From the NCBI GenBank assembly GCA_963799485.1, contig CAWCXJ010000005.1:160001-224000 (forward strand): a stretch of 64,000 nt of DNA. Reading direction: 5' to 3'. The stretch comes from an uncultured Trueperaceae bacterium. GTDB lineage: Bacteria; Deinococcota; Deinococci; Deinococcales; Trueperaceae. The notes under the pieces are model-generated. The model did no database searches. It saw only the letters and a list, made by a program, of their open reading frames with translations, and was not told the DNA's origin. A program made the position numbers and the translations under genes. Shown here in pieces: positions 1 through 10,111 of the stretch (positions are counted from its first letter, which is position 1; every line of letters begins with the position of its first letter).

Positions 1-591
1 CCGAACGGCAGCAAAGTCGAGCTGAGACAAGTTGACGCTGCCCCCGGCAAGGCTTAAAAGAATCACCGACGCGAGGAGCGCCAACCCACCCGCCGCCGTA
101 ATCACGAGCGCCTTGAGCGCCCCGTCTTGCGCCGCGCGGCGTTCGTCCCAAAAACCAATCAGCAGAAACGACGCGACCGAGGTCAACTCCCAAAACGCGA
201 ACATGGCGATCAGGTTGTCGCTCAAGACGAAGCCCAGCATCGCGCCGCCGAAGAGCAGCAGATAGCTGTAAAAACGTCCGTGCCGCTCTTTCGGGCCGAG
301 GTACGACGAGGCGTAAACCACGACCAGAACGCCCATCACCGCGACGAGCAGCGCAAACAGCAGCGAAAACCCGTCGGCGCGAAACGAAAGCGTGAGATTG
401 ATACCCGGAACCCACGCCGCGCTCCCCGCAGCGGGTGTGCCGTGCGCTGCCGGAATCAGGGTAGCGAGTGCCAGTGCCGGGGCAAAGGCGAGCGTCAAAG
501 GCCACCCGGCCCGCGCGCCCAGCGGTCGCGTCAAAAAAGGTGCGAGCAGCGCCCCTAGAAAGGGGGTGAAAACAGCTAGAACGAGCAGCAT
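1..591 (-). CDS. mrpA: Na+/H+ antiporter subunit A (Mrp/Mnh), 5' part; runs off the window start
   Basis: Not in the ORF track; translated by hand from ATG at 591: MLLVLAVFTPFLG...WVPGINLTLSFRADGFSLLFALLV...RFYSYLLLFGGAMLGFVLSDNLIAMFAFWELTSVASFLLIGFW...ALKALVITAAGGLALL. These are classic MrpA/NuoL motifs. Confidence 0.9.
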   Translation of the reverse strand, partial: MLLVLAVFTPFLGALLAPFLTRPLGARAGWPLTLAFAPALALATLIPAAHGTPAAGSAAWVPGINLTLSFRADGFSLLFALLVAVMGVLVVVYASSYLGPKERHGRFYSYLLLFGGAMLGFVLSDNLIAMFAFWELTSVASFLLIGFWDERRAAQDGALKALVITAAGGLALLASVILLSLAGGSVNLSQLDFAAVR

Positions 592-969
592 CTAGCGAAG
601 CACCCCCAACCTCGAGATCGCTCCCGGCAACACCTCACCTTGTCCGGCAAGCTCCGCAGCTCTCGTTTTTAGGAAAGCGGCGACGGGTTCAGTCGGTTCA
701 TCCCCGTACCCTGTCGCCGCGCCGGCGGCTTTGGCCAAAGCCGCCGGCCCCTGCGGGCTGAGCCCGGCGTTCCCGGAAACGCGGTAGCGTGCGCTGCCGC
801 GCGTCGTCAGCGTAAACTTCAGACCTTGGGCGCAGTAGCCCTGCGCTGTCCGGGCCGGGTTGAGGCTCGAGAGTTCTTGTACCAGCTGTGCCGGCGGCAA
901 ACCAACCTGCGCGAAGGCGACGCCGTAAAAGAGCAAAAAGCCTAAAACGCACTTCACACCGGATTTCAC
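592..969 (-). CDS. Hypothetical exported protein, possibly truncated
   Basis: Signal-like N-terminus ending AFA-Q. The GTG start overlaps the M32 stop codon, and the TAG stop abuts the mrpA ATG. Confidence 0.55.
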   Translation of the reverse strand: MKSGVKCVLGFLLFYGVAFAQVGLPPAQLVQELSSLNPARTAQGYCAQGLKFTLTTRGSARYRVSGNAGLSPQGPAALAKAAGAATGYGDEPTEPVAAFLKTRAAELAGQGEVLPGAISRLGVLR

Positions 970-2483
970 GCCGTAACCCCGTAAAGTGCGCCGAACTTTT
1001 CTTTCAGGTAGCGGATATACGGCCCGGCGTCCAGACCGCTACCGGTCGCCCGTTCGAGGAGTTCGGCGGGTTCGTACCGTGCGCCGTGCTGATGGATGTT
1101 CTCGCGGAGCCAACCCAAGAGCTTGCCGAAGTGTCCATTTTGAATGTCTTGTTCAAGTTCGGGATGCGCGGCTTTGGCGGCTTCAAAAAGCTGCACGCTG
1201 ATGAGGTTGCCGAGCGTGTAGGTCGGAAAATAGCCGAACATCCCCAAAGACCAGTGGATGTCTTGCAAACAGCCCTGTGCGTCGTTCGGCGGCGTCACAC
1301 CCAGATAATCGTTATATTTGGCGTTCCACGCTTCGGGCAGCTCACTTGCTTTAAGCGTGCCTTCGATAAGGGCCAGCTCGAGTTCAAAGCGCACCATGAT
1401 ATGCAGGTTGTAGGTGACTTCATCGGCTTCGACGCGGATCAGACTCGGCGAGACGCGGTTGATGGCCCCGTAAAAGTCGTCGCGCGAGACGGCCCCTAAC
1501 TGTGCCGGAAAGGTCTCCTGCAGCTGCGGATACGCCCAGCGCCAGAACCCGTTACTCCGGCCTACGAGATTTTCCCAAAGCCGCGACTGCGACTCGTGGA
1601 CGCCTAAACTTACGGTCTTGCCGAGCGGGCTACGGTCGTAGGCGCTGCTGACGCCCTGTTCGTACATGGCGTGTCCCGCCTCGTGCAGCGTCCCGAAAAG
1701 CGCCGGACTTAAGAAATCAGCGTGATAACGCGTGGTGATCCGCACGTCGTACTTGCTAAAACTCGTGGCAAACGGATGGACGGTGCGGTCTAAACGACCG
1801 TGGTCGAAATCGTAGCCGAACGCCCGGATGATGTGCGTGGCAAACGCTTCTTGGTCGGCTTCCGGAAACGCCTGACGGAGTGGCGCGTCCGGGTGGTTCT
1901 CACCGTTAGCTCTGTCGGCGAGGTCACGCAGCAGCGGCACCGCCGCGTCACGGAGTTCGGCAAAAACGGTGCGGAGGCGCTCGGTGCTGCTGCCGCGTTC
2001 AAAAAGGTCGTGCAGCGCGTCGTAAGGGTGCGCGTCATAGCCCAGAAGCTCGGCCTGACGGAGGTTCAGTTCGACCATCTTTTCCAGATGCGGGGCAAAC
2101 CGGGAAAAGTCCGACGCGGCCCGCGCTCCGACCCAGGCCGTCTGTGACGCGCTCCTGGCCTTGGCAAACGCCTCGACGAACGCTCCCGGCAGCTTCGTCG
2201 CCTGCGCGAAGTCGTGACGGGCGACGCGCACGAGCGCCGCGTCTGCGGTGTCGCCCCGGTCGGCCCCGGCAGCTTCCAGTTCCGTAAGCCACGCCGCTAC
2301 CTTGGGGTCGGTCGCGCGTTCGTGGATTACCCGGCCCAGCGTGGCGAGCTGTTGCCCGCGGGCGCGAGCGGCGCCGGGCGGCAGGTAGACGTTTTGATCC
2401 CAGTTGAGCAGGGCCTGCGCCTGCGTCAGGTCGGCGGTAACAGCCAGGTGTGCTTTGAGGTGCTCGAGCGTGTGAACCTTCAT
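966..2483 (-). CDS. Carboxypeptidase, M32 family (Taq-type)
   Basis: HPF, DVRITTRY, HEAGH zinc motif, HESQSRLWEN, IRVEADE, GCLQDIHW and GYFPTY motifs. Confidence 0.95.
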   Translation of the reverse strand: MKVHTLEHLKAHLAVTADLTQAQALLNWDQNVYLPPGAARARGQQLATLGRVIHERATDPKVAAWLTELEAAGADRGDTADAALVRVARHDFAQATKLPGAFVEAFAKARSASQTAWVGARAASDFSRFAPHLEKMVELNLRQAELLGYDAHPYDALHDLFERGSSTERLRTVFAELRDAAVPLLRDLADRANGENHPDAPLRQAFPEADQEAFATHIIRAFGYDFDHGRLDRTVHPFATSFSKYDVRITTRYHADFLSPALFGTLHEAGHAMYEQGVSSAYDRSPLGKTVSLGVHESQSRLWENLVGRSNGFWRWAYPQLQETFPAQLGAVSRDDFYGAINRVSPSLIRVEADEVTYNLHIMVRFELELALIEGTLKASELPEAWNAKYNDYLGVTPPNDAQGCLQDIHWSLGMFGYFPTYTLGNLISVQLFEAAKAAHPELEQDIQNGHFGKLLGWLRENIHQHGARYEPAELLERATGSGLDAGPYIRYLKEKFGALYGVTA

Positions 2484-2564
2484 CAGGTCAGCTTAACGCA
2501 CCGGCGGCGAAACGTTGCCGAACCCCTTTCTGAAGGGCACAAGCTGCGTGCTATTGTGCAGTTT

Positions 2565-4316
2565 ATGAACCTCCACATGTCCGAGGCGGCGCGCGCGCTC
2601 CTAAACCGCGAACGCCTCGTCATCGCCGACCTCGGGGCGTTGTTGGGCAGGCTCGAGGCGCGCCCCGAAGACCGGGCCGAGCTTAAAACCGCGCTTGGTG
2701 ACCTCGAGGGCTTGTTTCTGCTCGTCGTTTGCGGCGAATACAACGCGGGTAAGTCCACCTTCTTAAATGCGCTGTTGGGCGAAAAGGTGATGTTGGAGGG
2801 TGTCACGCCGACCACCGACCGCATCACCATCGTGACCTACGGCGCGGCGCGGCGCGACACCGAAGAGGGCGAGTTTATCCTCCGCCGCGAATACCCCGCC
2901 GACATCCTGCGCGAGCTGGCCTTCGTCGATACGCCCGGTACCAACGCGGTCATCAAACGCCATCAGGAGCTGACCGAGCGTTTCGTCCCGCGCGCCGACC
3001 TGGTGCTGTTTGTCACCTCCGCCGACCGCCCCTTTACCGAGTCCGAACGGCAGTTTCTAGAACTCATCCGTTCGTGGGGTAAAAAAGTCGTGGTCATCGT
3101 CAACAAAATCGATATTCTGGAAGAAGACGAGCAGCAGAAAGTGCTGGCGTTTGTGCGTGAACACGCCGCCGAAACGCTTAAGGAGACGCTCGGCAGCGAC
3201 CCGCAGGTCTTCGGTGTTGCGGCGCGAGACGCGTACAAGGCTCGAGCTGCCGCAGACGCCGCCGCCCTGGAGGGGAGCGGGCTACCGGAACTCGAGCGTT
3301 TTATCGGCACCACCCTTGCGGGCGAAACTCGCCTCAAACTCAAACTCGGGACGCCGCTCGGGGTCGCGCAGCGCCTCGCTGAAAGTTACGGGAGCGTGAT
3401 CAGCGGCGAGCTAGGGCTTTTGGCGGGCGACCGCCGCACCCTAGAAGAGGTCGAGCGGCAGGTGGCGCAGTTCAAAAAAGACATGCGGCGCGAGTTCGAA
3501 AGTTACCTCTCACGTGTAAAAACCGTGCTGTTAGAGGTCGAGCGGCGCGGCGACGTGTTTTTCGACGACACCGTGCGGCTGACCAAAATCTTGCAGCTCA
3601 TCGACAACGAACGGATGCGCGAAGCGTTTCGCCTCCGCGTCATTCGCGGCGCGGACAAAGAGATCGACCGGGCCGTCGCCGAGATGGTGGACTGGTTTAT
3701 CGGGCGCAACCTGCAACTCTGGGAAGACGTGATGGCGTTCGTCCAAGAACGGCGACAAGCCTCGGACGAGCGCGTCATCGGCGAAATCGGCGGGAGATTC
3801 CAGTACGACCGCGACGCGCTGATTCGCGGCTTGAGCGAGAGCGCCGAAACAGTCATGACGAGCTACAACGAGGACGCCGAAGCGCGCCGCTTGGCCGACG
3901 CGATGCAGAGCTCGGCGCTGCAGACCGGCCTGATTCAGGTCGGCGGCCTGGGCCTGGGCGCGGCGATGGTGGCATTTTTGTCGGGGGCCGCGCTCGACGC
4001 AACCGGGATTTTGGCGGGTCTGACCGTCGCCGGACTCGGCTTTCTAGTCCTCCCCAACCGCCGCCGCGCCGCCAAACGCAACCTGCACGAAGAGATGCAG
4101 CGGCTCCGCGACGGGCTCGCGGAAAGTCTGAACGGGCAGTTTGAACGCGAATTGGAGCGTTCCGCTGAAAAACTCAGCGCGGCGATTTCGCCGTATACCC
4201 GGTTTGTCAAAAGCGAAGTAGGGAGGCTCGAGACCCTTCAGAGCGAACTCGAGGCCCTCACCGGAAGCTTGCGTAACCTGCGCCGGGAGGTCAATTCCCT
4301 TTCCGAGACCGTTTGA
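2565..4316 (+). CDS. Dynamin-like GTPase (bacterial dynamin/FZL-like)
   Basis: G1 GEYNAGKS, G2 TPTT, G3 DTPG, G4 NKID, followed by a helical stalk and a C-terminal hydrophobic hairpin. Start moved to ATG 2565. Confidence 0.9.
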   Translation: MNLHMSEAARALLNRERLVIADLGALLGRLEARPEDRAELKTALGDLEGLFLLVVCGEYNAGKSTFLNALLGEKVMLEGVTPTTDRITIVTYGAARRDTEEGEFILRREYPADILRELAFVDTPGTNAVIKRHQELTERFVPRADLVLFVTSADRPFTESERQFLELIRSWGKKVVVIVNKIDILEEDEQQKVLAFVREHAAETLKETLGSDPQVFGVAARDAYKARAAADAAALEGSGLPELERFIGTTLAGETRLKLKLGTPLGVAQRLAESYGSVISGELGLLAGDRRTLEEVERQVAQFKKDMRREFESYLSRVKTVLLEVERRGDVFFDDTVRLTKILQLIDNERMREAFRLRVIRGADKEIDRAVAEMVDWFIGRNLQLWEDVMAFVQERRQASDERVIGEIGGRFQYDRDALIRGLSESAETVMTSYNEDAEARRLADAMQSSALQTGLIQVGGLGLGAAMVAFLSGAALDATGILAGLTVAGLGFLVLPNRRRAAKRNLHEEMQRLRDGLAESLNGQFERELERSAEKLSAAISPYTRFVKSEVGRLETLQSELEALTGSLRNLRREVNSLSETV

Positions 4317-4332
4317 AGCCGGCGACCCATGA

Positions 4333-4360
4333 AAAGCGCAACCCCGCGGGGTTGCGCTTT
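4333..4360. terminator. Probable bidirectional intrinsic terminator
   Basis: Perfect inverted repeat AAAGCGCAACCCC-gc-GGGGTTGCGCTTT between convergent genes. Confidence 0.75.
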
Positions 4361-4377
4361 GGTCATGCTAAAACTTT

Positions 4378-5199
4378 TTACTGGACGATGTTGACGTAAC
4401 CGCGCTCCGACCCGAGAACTGCGTTACCCGCGCCGTCCGTTACATTCGCGCGGAAAACGTAAGCAAATTCATTTCCGGCCCCGGCTAACTCGGAGATATC
4501 GACCGTTCCCGCCTCAACCGTAATCGGGTAGACGCAAGTCACGGCTGTCGGGCTCGAGCTGAGGTCGCAACCGGTAGGTTCGCCGATGGTAAAGCCGCCG
4601 CTAGGAAGCGTGACCGGAAGTGGGCCTTTGATACCTTCGGGGCTACTGTTGACGAGGTTGATAGCGATGCTGGCGATGCCGTCGGGATCGCTGTAATCGA
4701 CCTGGGCGTAAAAGGTGCTGCCCGCCGCCACGCTGATGATACGGTCGTCGTCGTCGCTGCTGATGCCACCGTCCGCGTCGTTGGTGAAGGTGCCGCTGGT
4801 GCTCGTGCCAACGCCGAAGGTGCCCTCAGGTAAGCTCATGGGGTCGCCGCCACCATTGTTACCACCCGAGCCAGGGCCGTTACTTACCGTAACGGTTGCG
4901 GTTCTGGTGCTGGTACCGCTAGCGTTGGTGGCGGTCAAGGTGTAGGTCGTCGTAACGGTGGGCATGACGGTTACGCTGTCATCCGAATCGTTGGTAACGT
5001 CGCCGACACCACCCGAAATCGAGATGCTGGTCGCGCTGCTGTCGACGTTCCAAGTCAGTACCGAGCTTTGCCCCGACGTAATCACTGCGGGGTTTGCAGC
5101 AAAGCTGGTGATCGCCGGGCCACTGCTACCTAAAAGGCTGCAAGCTGACAGGCCGAACATCAACCCGACAGACAAAAGTCCTAGTTTACCTGCGTTCAT
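4378..5199 (-). CDS. Lipoprotein with Ser/Thr-rich Ig/PKD-like beta domains
   Basis: MNAGKLGLLSVGLMFGLSAC lipobox; ITSFAANP...LTW...TTTYTLTATN pattern; GGAGG RBS upstream of ATG 5199. Confidence 0.75.
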   Translation of the reverse strand: MNAGKLGLLSVGLMFGLSACSLLGSSGPAITSFAANPAVITSGQSSVLTWNVDSSATSISISGGVGDVTNDSDDSVTVMPTVTTTYTLTATNASGTSTRTATVTVSNGPGSGGNNGGGDPMSLPEGTFGVGTSTSGTFTNDADGGISSDDDDRIISVAAGSTFYAQVDYSDPDGIASIAINLVNSSPEGIKGPLPVTLPSGGFTIGEPTGCDLSSSPTAVTCVYPITVEAGTVDISELAGAGNEFAYVFRANVTDGAGNAVLGSERGYVNIVQ

Positions 5200-5545
5200 A
5201 TAGTTCCTCCCGTGCGTAAATTGGCAGCTCCGACACCCTGTAAGCACAGCAAACACAGAAGAGTAAGATACTACCGCTACTCTTACTACCTTACAAGATG
5301 CGAGATGAAAAACACATGACGATTGCACATGGTTTTGGCGGATTTTGTGTATAGCTTCCCGCGAGCGTAGCAAAACTACGGACAAACGGGGGTGAACTTT
5401 CTCATATGAGGTGTTGTGTCGCAAGGTGCCGGGTGCCTCGAGCCACCCCCACCCCAAACCGCAAAAGATGCTCCCACCTGTAGACTGCTTTTTGCGGTGG
5501 CAGCTTTTGACCGTCGCCGCCGGGGTGCGTCCCGTAAACTGGGTT

Positions 5546-8350
5546 ATGACCCCCGCCGCGTTTATCGCCAAGTGGGCGCAGGTGACGACCACGGAACGCG
5601 CCGCCGCGCAAAGCCACTTTCTAGACCTCTGTGAACTCTTAAACGTCGAAAAGCCGCTCGACGCCGACCCCACCGGCGCGTTTTACGCCTTCGAGCGCCG
5701 CGTAAACAAGATACTCGGTGGTAAAGGCTTCGCCGACGTGTGGAAACGCGGGCACTTCGCCTGGGAGTACAAACGCAAAAACCGCGACCTGCAAGCGGCC
5801 TATACCCAACTCCTGCTGTACCGCGAAGACCTCGAGAACCCGCCGCTGCTCATCGTCTGCGACCTCCACCGTTTTGAAATCCACACCAACTTTACCGGCA
5901 CGCCCAAACGCATCTACGCCTTTACGCTGTCCGAGCTGAACCAGCCCGAAACGCTAGATTTGCTCCGCGCCGCTTTTACCGACCCCAACGCCTTAAACCC
6001 CAAACGCTACCGCGAACGGGTCACCCAGGAAGCCAGTCGGCAGATCGGGGCGCTGTCGCTCCGGCTTCATACCAGAGGCCACGAACCGCAAACCGTCGCC
6101 CACTTTATGATGCAGCTCGTATTTGCGCTTTTCGCCGAAGACGTGCGGCTCTTGCCCGACAAACTCGTCACCCGGATTCTGGAAAAGACGTATACGCAAC
6201 CAGGGCGCGCCCAACGGTTTTTAAGCGACCTTTTTACGGCGATGGCGCACGGCGGGGACGTGGGCCTCGACGAAGTGCCGCATTTCAACGGCGGCTTGTT
6301 CGATAATCGGGGCGCACTGCCCCTGGAGCAGACCGAACTCAAAATCTTGTTGGACGCCGCCAAGCTCGATTGGGCCGAGGTCGAACCGGTGATTTTCGGC
6401 ACGCTCTTTGAACGCTCGCTAGACCCCGGCAAACGCAGTCAGTTGGGCGCGCACTACACCTCCCGCGAGGACATCTTGCGAATCGTGCAACCCGTCGTCA
6501 TCGACCCGTTACGCGCCGAGTGGAGCGCCGTTCGTAGAGAAGTCGAAACGTATCTGGAAGACAACCCGCTCCCCGACGAACGCACCCTCGACCGGAAACG
6601 TTTGGCGGCCTTTAACGCCGTAAAACGCAAACGCGACGAACGCACGCTCCGGCCCATCAGCAGCTTTCTGGAGCGTTTACGGCACCTCAAGGTGCTCGAC
6701 CCGGCGTGCGGCAGCGGCAACTTTCTCTACGTCGCCTTTCAGCAGCTTAAAGAACTCGAGCGCGACGTGCTCACCTTCGCCGGCAGCATCGGTTTGCCCC
6801 TAGCGCCGTTTGTCAGCCCCCGGCAGTTTTACGGCCTGGAGGTCAACGTTTTCGCCCATGAACTCGCCAGCATCGTGGTGTGGATTGGCTATTTGCAGTG
6901 GAACTTTCTCAACCACACCTCGGACACGCAGCGGCCTATTTTGGAGCGGCTGGGCAACATCAAGCTGCAAGACGCCCTGTTGGACGGGGATAAAGAGACC
7001 GCGTGGCCTGAGGCGGATTTTATCGTCGGCAATCCGCCGTTTTTGGGGAATTACAAGATGCGGCAAGAATTGGGCGACTCGTATGTGCAAAAGCTTTACG
7101 ACCTGTTTAGAGGGCGTGTGCCGAACGGTGCCGACTTTGTGTGTTACTGGTTTGAAAAGGCGAGGGCGCAAATTGCAGAGGGCAAAACGGCGCGTGCCGG
7201 ACTCATTACGACCAATAGCGTCAGACAGCCGAAAAACAACCCGGTGCTAAACCGCATCAAAGCGACCGGCGAGCTTTTTACGGCGTGGTCGGATGAACCG
7301 TGGGTGCTGGAAGGGGCGGCGGTGCGGGTAAGCATGGTGGCGTTTGACGACGGCAGCCAAGAGGTAAAACGCCTTAACGGCGAGCTGGTCACAACAATCA
7401 ACGCAGATTTGACAGGCGGCGCAGACATCAGCAGTGCTAAATTCTTGGCGGAAAACCTCAACAAATGTTTTAAGGGTGTCGAGCCTGCGGGTGCGTTTGA
7501 CATAACCGCAGAAACAGCTCAGGTCTGGGTTACACAACTCAACCCCAACGGCAAAAGCAATTTAGAAGTACTAAAGCGTTACGTCGGCGCAAAAGATATC
7601 GTGCAAAAAGACTCGGAGCGGTGGCTAATCGACTTTCGGCAGATGAGCCAAGCCGAAGCTGAAGATTATCTGGTTCCCTTTGCTCATGTGATAGAAAACG
7701 TAAAGCCTGAACGCGGAAATAATCGTGAGCCGGTAAGACGTGATTTTTGGTGGCGACATGGGCGCTCGAGGCCAGAGCTGCGGGCAGCTCTTGAAGCTTT
7801 AGAACGCTATATAGCAACGCCGAGAGTTTCCAAGCACCGCGTTTACGTTTGGTTGACGAAAAACGATCTGCCCTCGGGGGCCCTGTCAGTTATCGCTACC
7901 GACAAAGATTTCTTTTACGGCGTTTTGAACAGCTCTATTCACGTTTTATGGTCGAACGCTCGAGGGAGTTCTTTAGAAGATAGACCGCAATATACGAACG
8001 AAGTCTTTGAAACCTTCCCCTTCCCCCGCCCTGCCGTAAAAGAGCACGCCGACACCGAAAAATGGGCGAAATATCTCGATACGGTGCGGTCTCGGCTTTT
8101 AGCAGCCGACGAAAAAAGAACCATGACGAAGCTCTACAACGACCTCACGGTTTTACGGGAGACGCGGGACAGCTCGAGCCCGGTTTACGCGCTGCTCGTT
8201 GCCCACGACAAACTCGACGCGGCGGTGGCGGCGGCTTACGGCTGGGACTGGCCCCTGCCTGACGAGACGATTTTGGAGCGGCTGCTGGCGCTGAACCTGG
8301 CGCGCGCGGCAGAAGAAAACGCCCAGCCGCTTACGGTGGGCACTCGTTAA
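5546..8350 (+). CDS. MmeI/YeeA-family Type IIL/IIG restriction-modification enzyme (nuclease + m6A MTase + TRD)
   Basis: N-terminal FADVW...WEYK PD-(D/E)xK motif; FNGGLF, LGAHYT, motif I DPACGSGNF, motif IV GNPPF; C-terminal FETFPFP...LYN...HDKLDAAVAAAYGW. Confidence 0.9.
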   Translation: MTPAAFIAKWAQVTTTERAAAQSHFLDLCELLNVEKPLDADPTGAFYAFERRVNKILGGKGFADVWKRGHFAWEYKRKNRDLQAAYTQLLLYREDLENPPLLIVCDLHRFEIHTNFTGTPKRIYAFTLSELNQPETLDLLRAAFTDPNALNPKRYRERVTQEASRQIGALSLRLHTRGHEPQTVAHFMMQLVFALFAEDVRLLPDKLVTRILEKTYTQPGRAQRFLSDLFTAMAHGGDVGLDEVPHFNGGLFDNRGALPLEQTELKILLDAAKLDWAEVEPVIFGTLFERSLDPGKRSQLGAHYTSREDILRIVQPVVIDPLRAEWSAVRREVETYLEDNPLPDERTLDRKRLAAFNAVKRKRDERTLRPISSFLERLRHLKVLDPACGSGNFLYVAFQQLKELERDVLTFAGSIGLPLAPFVSPRQFYGLEVNVFAHELASIVVWIGYLQWNFLNHTSDTQRPILERLGNIKLQDALLDGDKETAWPEADFIVGNPPFLGNYKMRQELGDSYVQKLYDLFRGRVPNGADFVCYWFEKARAQIAEGKTARAGLITTNSVRQPKNNPVLNRIKATGELFTAWSDEPWVLEGAAVRVSMVAFDDGSQEVKRLNGELVTTINADLTGGADISSAKFLAENLNKCFKGVEPAGAFDITAETAQVWVTQLNPNGKSNLEVLKRYVGAKDIVQKDSERWLIDFRQMSQAEAEDYLVPFAHVIENVKPERGNNREPVRRDFWWRHGRSRPELRAALEALERYIATPRVSKHRVYVWLTKNDLPSGALSVIATDKDFFYGVLNSSIHVLWSNARGSSLEDRPQYTNEVFETFPFPRPAVKEHADTEKWAKYLDTVRSRLLAADEKRTMTKLYNDLTVLRETRDSSSPVYALLVAHDKLDAAVAAAYGWDWPLPDETILERLLALNLARAAEENAQPLTVGTR

Positions 8351-8389
8351 ATGAACTTTGGGCGGCGTGTCGGGGCAAGCTCAGCCATA

Positions 8390-8417
8390 AAAAATCCTGC
8401 CAGGGTGTTCTGGCAGG
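8390..8417 (-). terminator. Intrinsic terminator
   Basis: Minus strand reads CCTGCCAG-aacacc-CTGGCAGG followed by A and a T run. Confidence 0.65.
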
Positions 8418-8719
8418 TCACAGGTTGTCACCGCACCGTCGTTGCCCCCGGCGGCTTTTATAACATATCATATCCGTGACAGCCTAGTGACGCCAAGCAC
8501 CATTTTGGGATACAAAAAGCAGGTCTGGGTCATCACCATCGGGGGCAGACCGTTGGCACAGCGACAACCCAAACCTACCAGCTCTGAACGGGCACCTAGA
8601 AGGACTAACTGAAGGCGCGTCCGCAGAGCTTATAACACCCTAAGTATATCTTTGGGTGTAGACAAAGGTACCAGCCTACAGTCTTCAAGGTTGCAGCCAG
8701 TTGCGGCAATCCTCGCCGG

Positions 8720-9496
8720 TCAGGGCAGCGCCAGCACGCGCACGTCGATTCCCGAACCTTCCAGGGCGTCGGCGACGATTTGCGGGTCGGCTTCGCCCTG
8801 ATGGTAGGGCACCACGACGCTCGGCGAGATGACCTTGATACAGCCCACGGCTTCCTCGGGCGGCATCGTGTACGGCAGGTTGATAGGCACGAACGCCAGG
8901 TCAACCTTGCCCAAACCTCCCATTTCCGGGATGCACTCGGTATCCCCGGCGATGTAAACGGTAAAATCGCCGAAGGTTGCCAGGTAGCCGTTGTACTGAC
9001 CTTCGGGGTGAAACCTGCTGCCGGGTTCCGGGCCGCGAACCAAGTTGTACGCAGGAACGGCCCGCACAGTGACGCCGTCGGCGGTCGTCTCGTCGCCGTT
9101 TTGCAGCACCGTGACCTGCTCACCGCCGCCGAACTTTTCTGCCGAAGCCTCGTCCATGAGGTAGCGGGTGGCGTCGGTGCTGAGGGCCTCGAGCGCTGCC
9201 GGGTCGAAGTGGTCGGGGTGGTCGTGGGTAAGCCACACCCAGTCGGCGTCCGGTTGAGCGCTGTAGTCGGCGACCTCGCTGTACGGATCGACGTGGATGA
9301 CCGTACCGTTGTACTCGAGGCGCAGCGAACCGTGACCCACGGGCGTCACCGTAAGCGGGCCACCCGAAGTCTCGAAGCTCAAGGTTTCTTGGCCCGGTTC
9401 TTGGCCTGTGTCTTGACTTGCGTCTTGTGCGAAGGCCGACGTACCCAGCGACGTGAGCGCCGCCGTAAAAACCAGAGCTGGCAGGGACAAGGTCAT
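8720..9496 (-). CDS. Exported MBL-fold metallo-hydrolase
   Basis: Signal peptide (AFA-Q); VDPY, THDHPDHFD, YIAGDT, PINLPYTM and PYH motifs; AGGAGG RBS. Confidence 0.9.
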   Translation of the reverse strand: MTLSLPALVFTAALTSLGTSAFAQDASQDTGQEPGQETLSFETSGGPLTVTPVGHGSLRLEYNGTVIHVDPYSEVADYSAQPDADWVWLTHDHPDHFDPAALEALSTDATRYLMDEASAEKFGGGEQVTVLQNGDETTADGVTVRAVPAYNLVRGPEPGSRFHPEGQYNGYLATFGDFTVYIAGDTECIPEMGGLGKVDLAFVPINLPYTMPPEEAVGCIKVISPSVVVPYHQGEADPQIVADALEGSGIDVRVLALP

Positions 9497-9990
9497 ATTT
9501 TTCCTCCTGAGCTGTTTGTAACATCTTTTTTGCATAATCTTTGTAGACGGACCGGCAAACCGCCGGGTACGGTACTTTAAGCAAACCGTAAGACGTCGCA
9601 AAATTCTTTATCAAACCAGCTTATTTTGGATCATGCGACCCCATGTTCTTCTCGTATTTGCGCTCCTCACGTCTGCTGCCCAGCGTTCCCCGCAGGTCAG
9701 GGCCTGAAGCCCGGTCAACCCACGTGCGGACGAAATCCGGCGAACGGCGTGTACGGTCGAGCCCGGAGACGACGGGCCGCAGTCACCCCGCACCCCTTCC
9801 GACGCGCCTTTGCTGCTCCAAGTGCGCTACGATTTTAGTTGCTGCGTACCCAAAGCAACCCGTTTGCTGAACGTTGCACTGTTTATCTCAGGTGATTTTT
9901 CCGCTGGCTGGTGGCGGGCTCGAGCCCGCTCTACCAATTTCGGAACCATTCCGATATGCGTCTGGAACAGCTTTTCTTTCATTTCCTACC

Positions 9991-10051
9991 TTGACACTCA
10001 GAATTAAATCTGACATGATAACGCTAATCCCAAGTAGATTTGTCGGGATTA
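9991..10051 (+). promoter_or_regulatory. Sigma70-type promoter of the iron operon with a palindromic operator at the start site
   Basis: TTGACA (9991-9996), 17 bp spacer, CATGAT (10014-10019); dyad TAATCCCAAGTAGATTTGTCGGGATTA at 10025-10051. Confidence 0.65.
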
Positions 10052-10111
10052 AAGCTCGAGCCGCCGTAGCTATCTTTTCATTTGGGATGTGCTCACCGAA
10101 AAGGAGACGCC

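Noticed and set aside
5200..5673. Long N-terminal extensions and overlap of ORFs 4378..5673 and 5411..8350
   Set aside because: The real starts are at 5199 (RBS plus lipobox) and 5546 (family N-terminus); the overlap comes from longest-ORF calling.
9611..9870. Short ORFs, including a signal-like MRPHVLLVFALLTSAA at 9633
   Set aside because: It stops after 24 codons and I recognise no family in any frame; a gene remnant cannot be supported.
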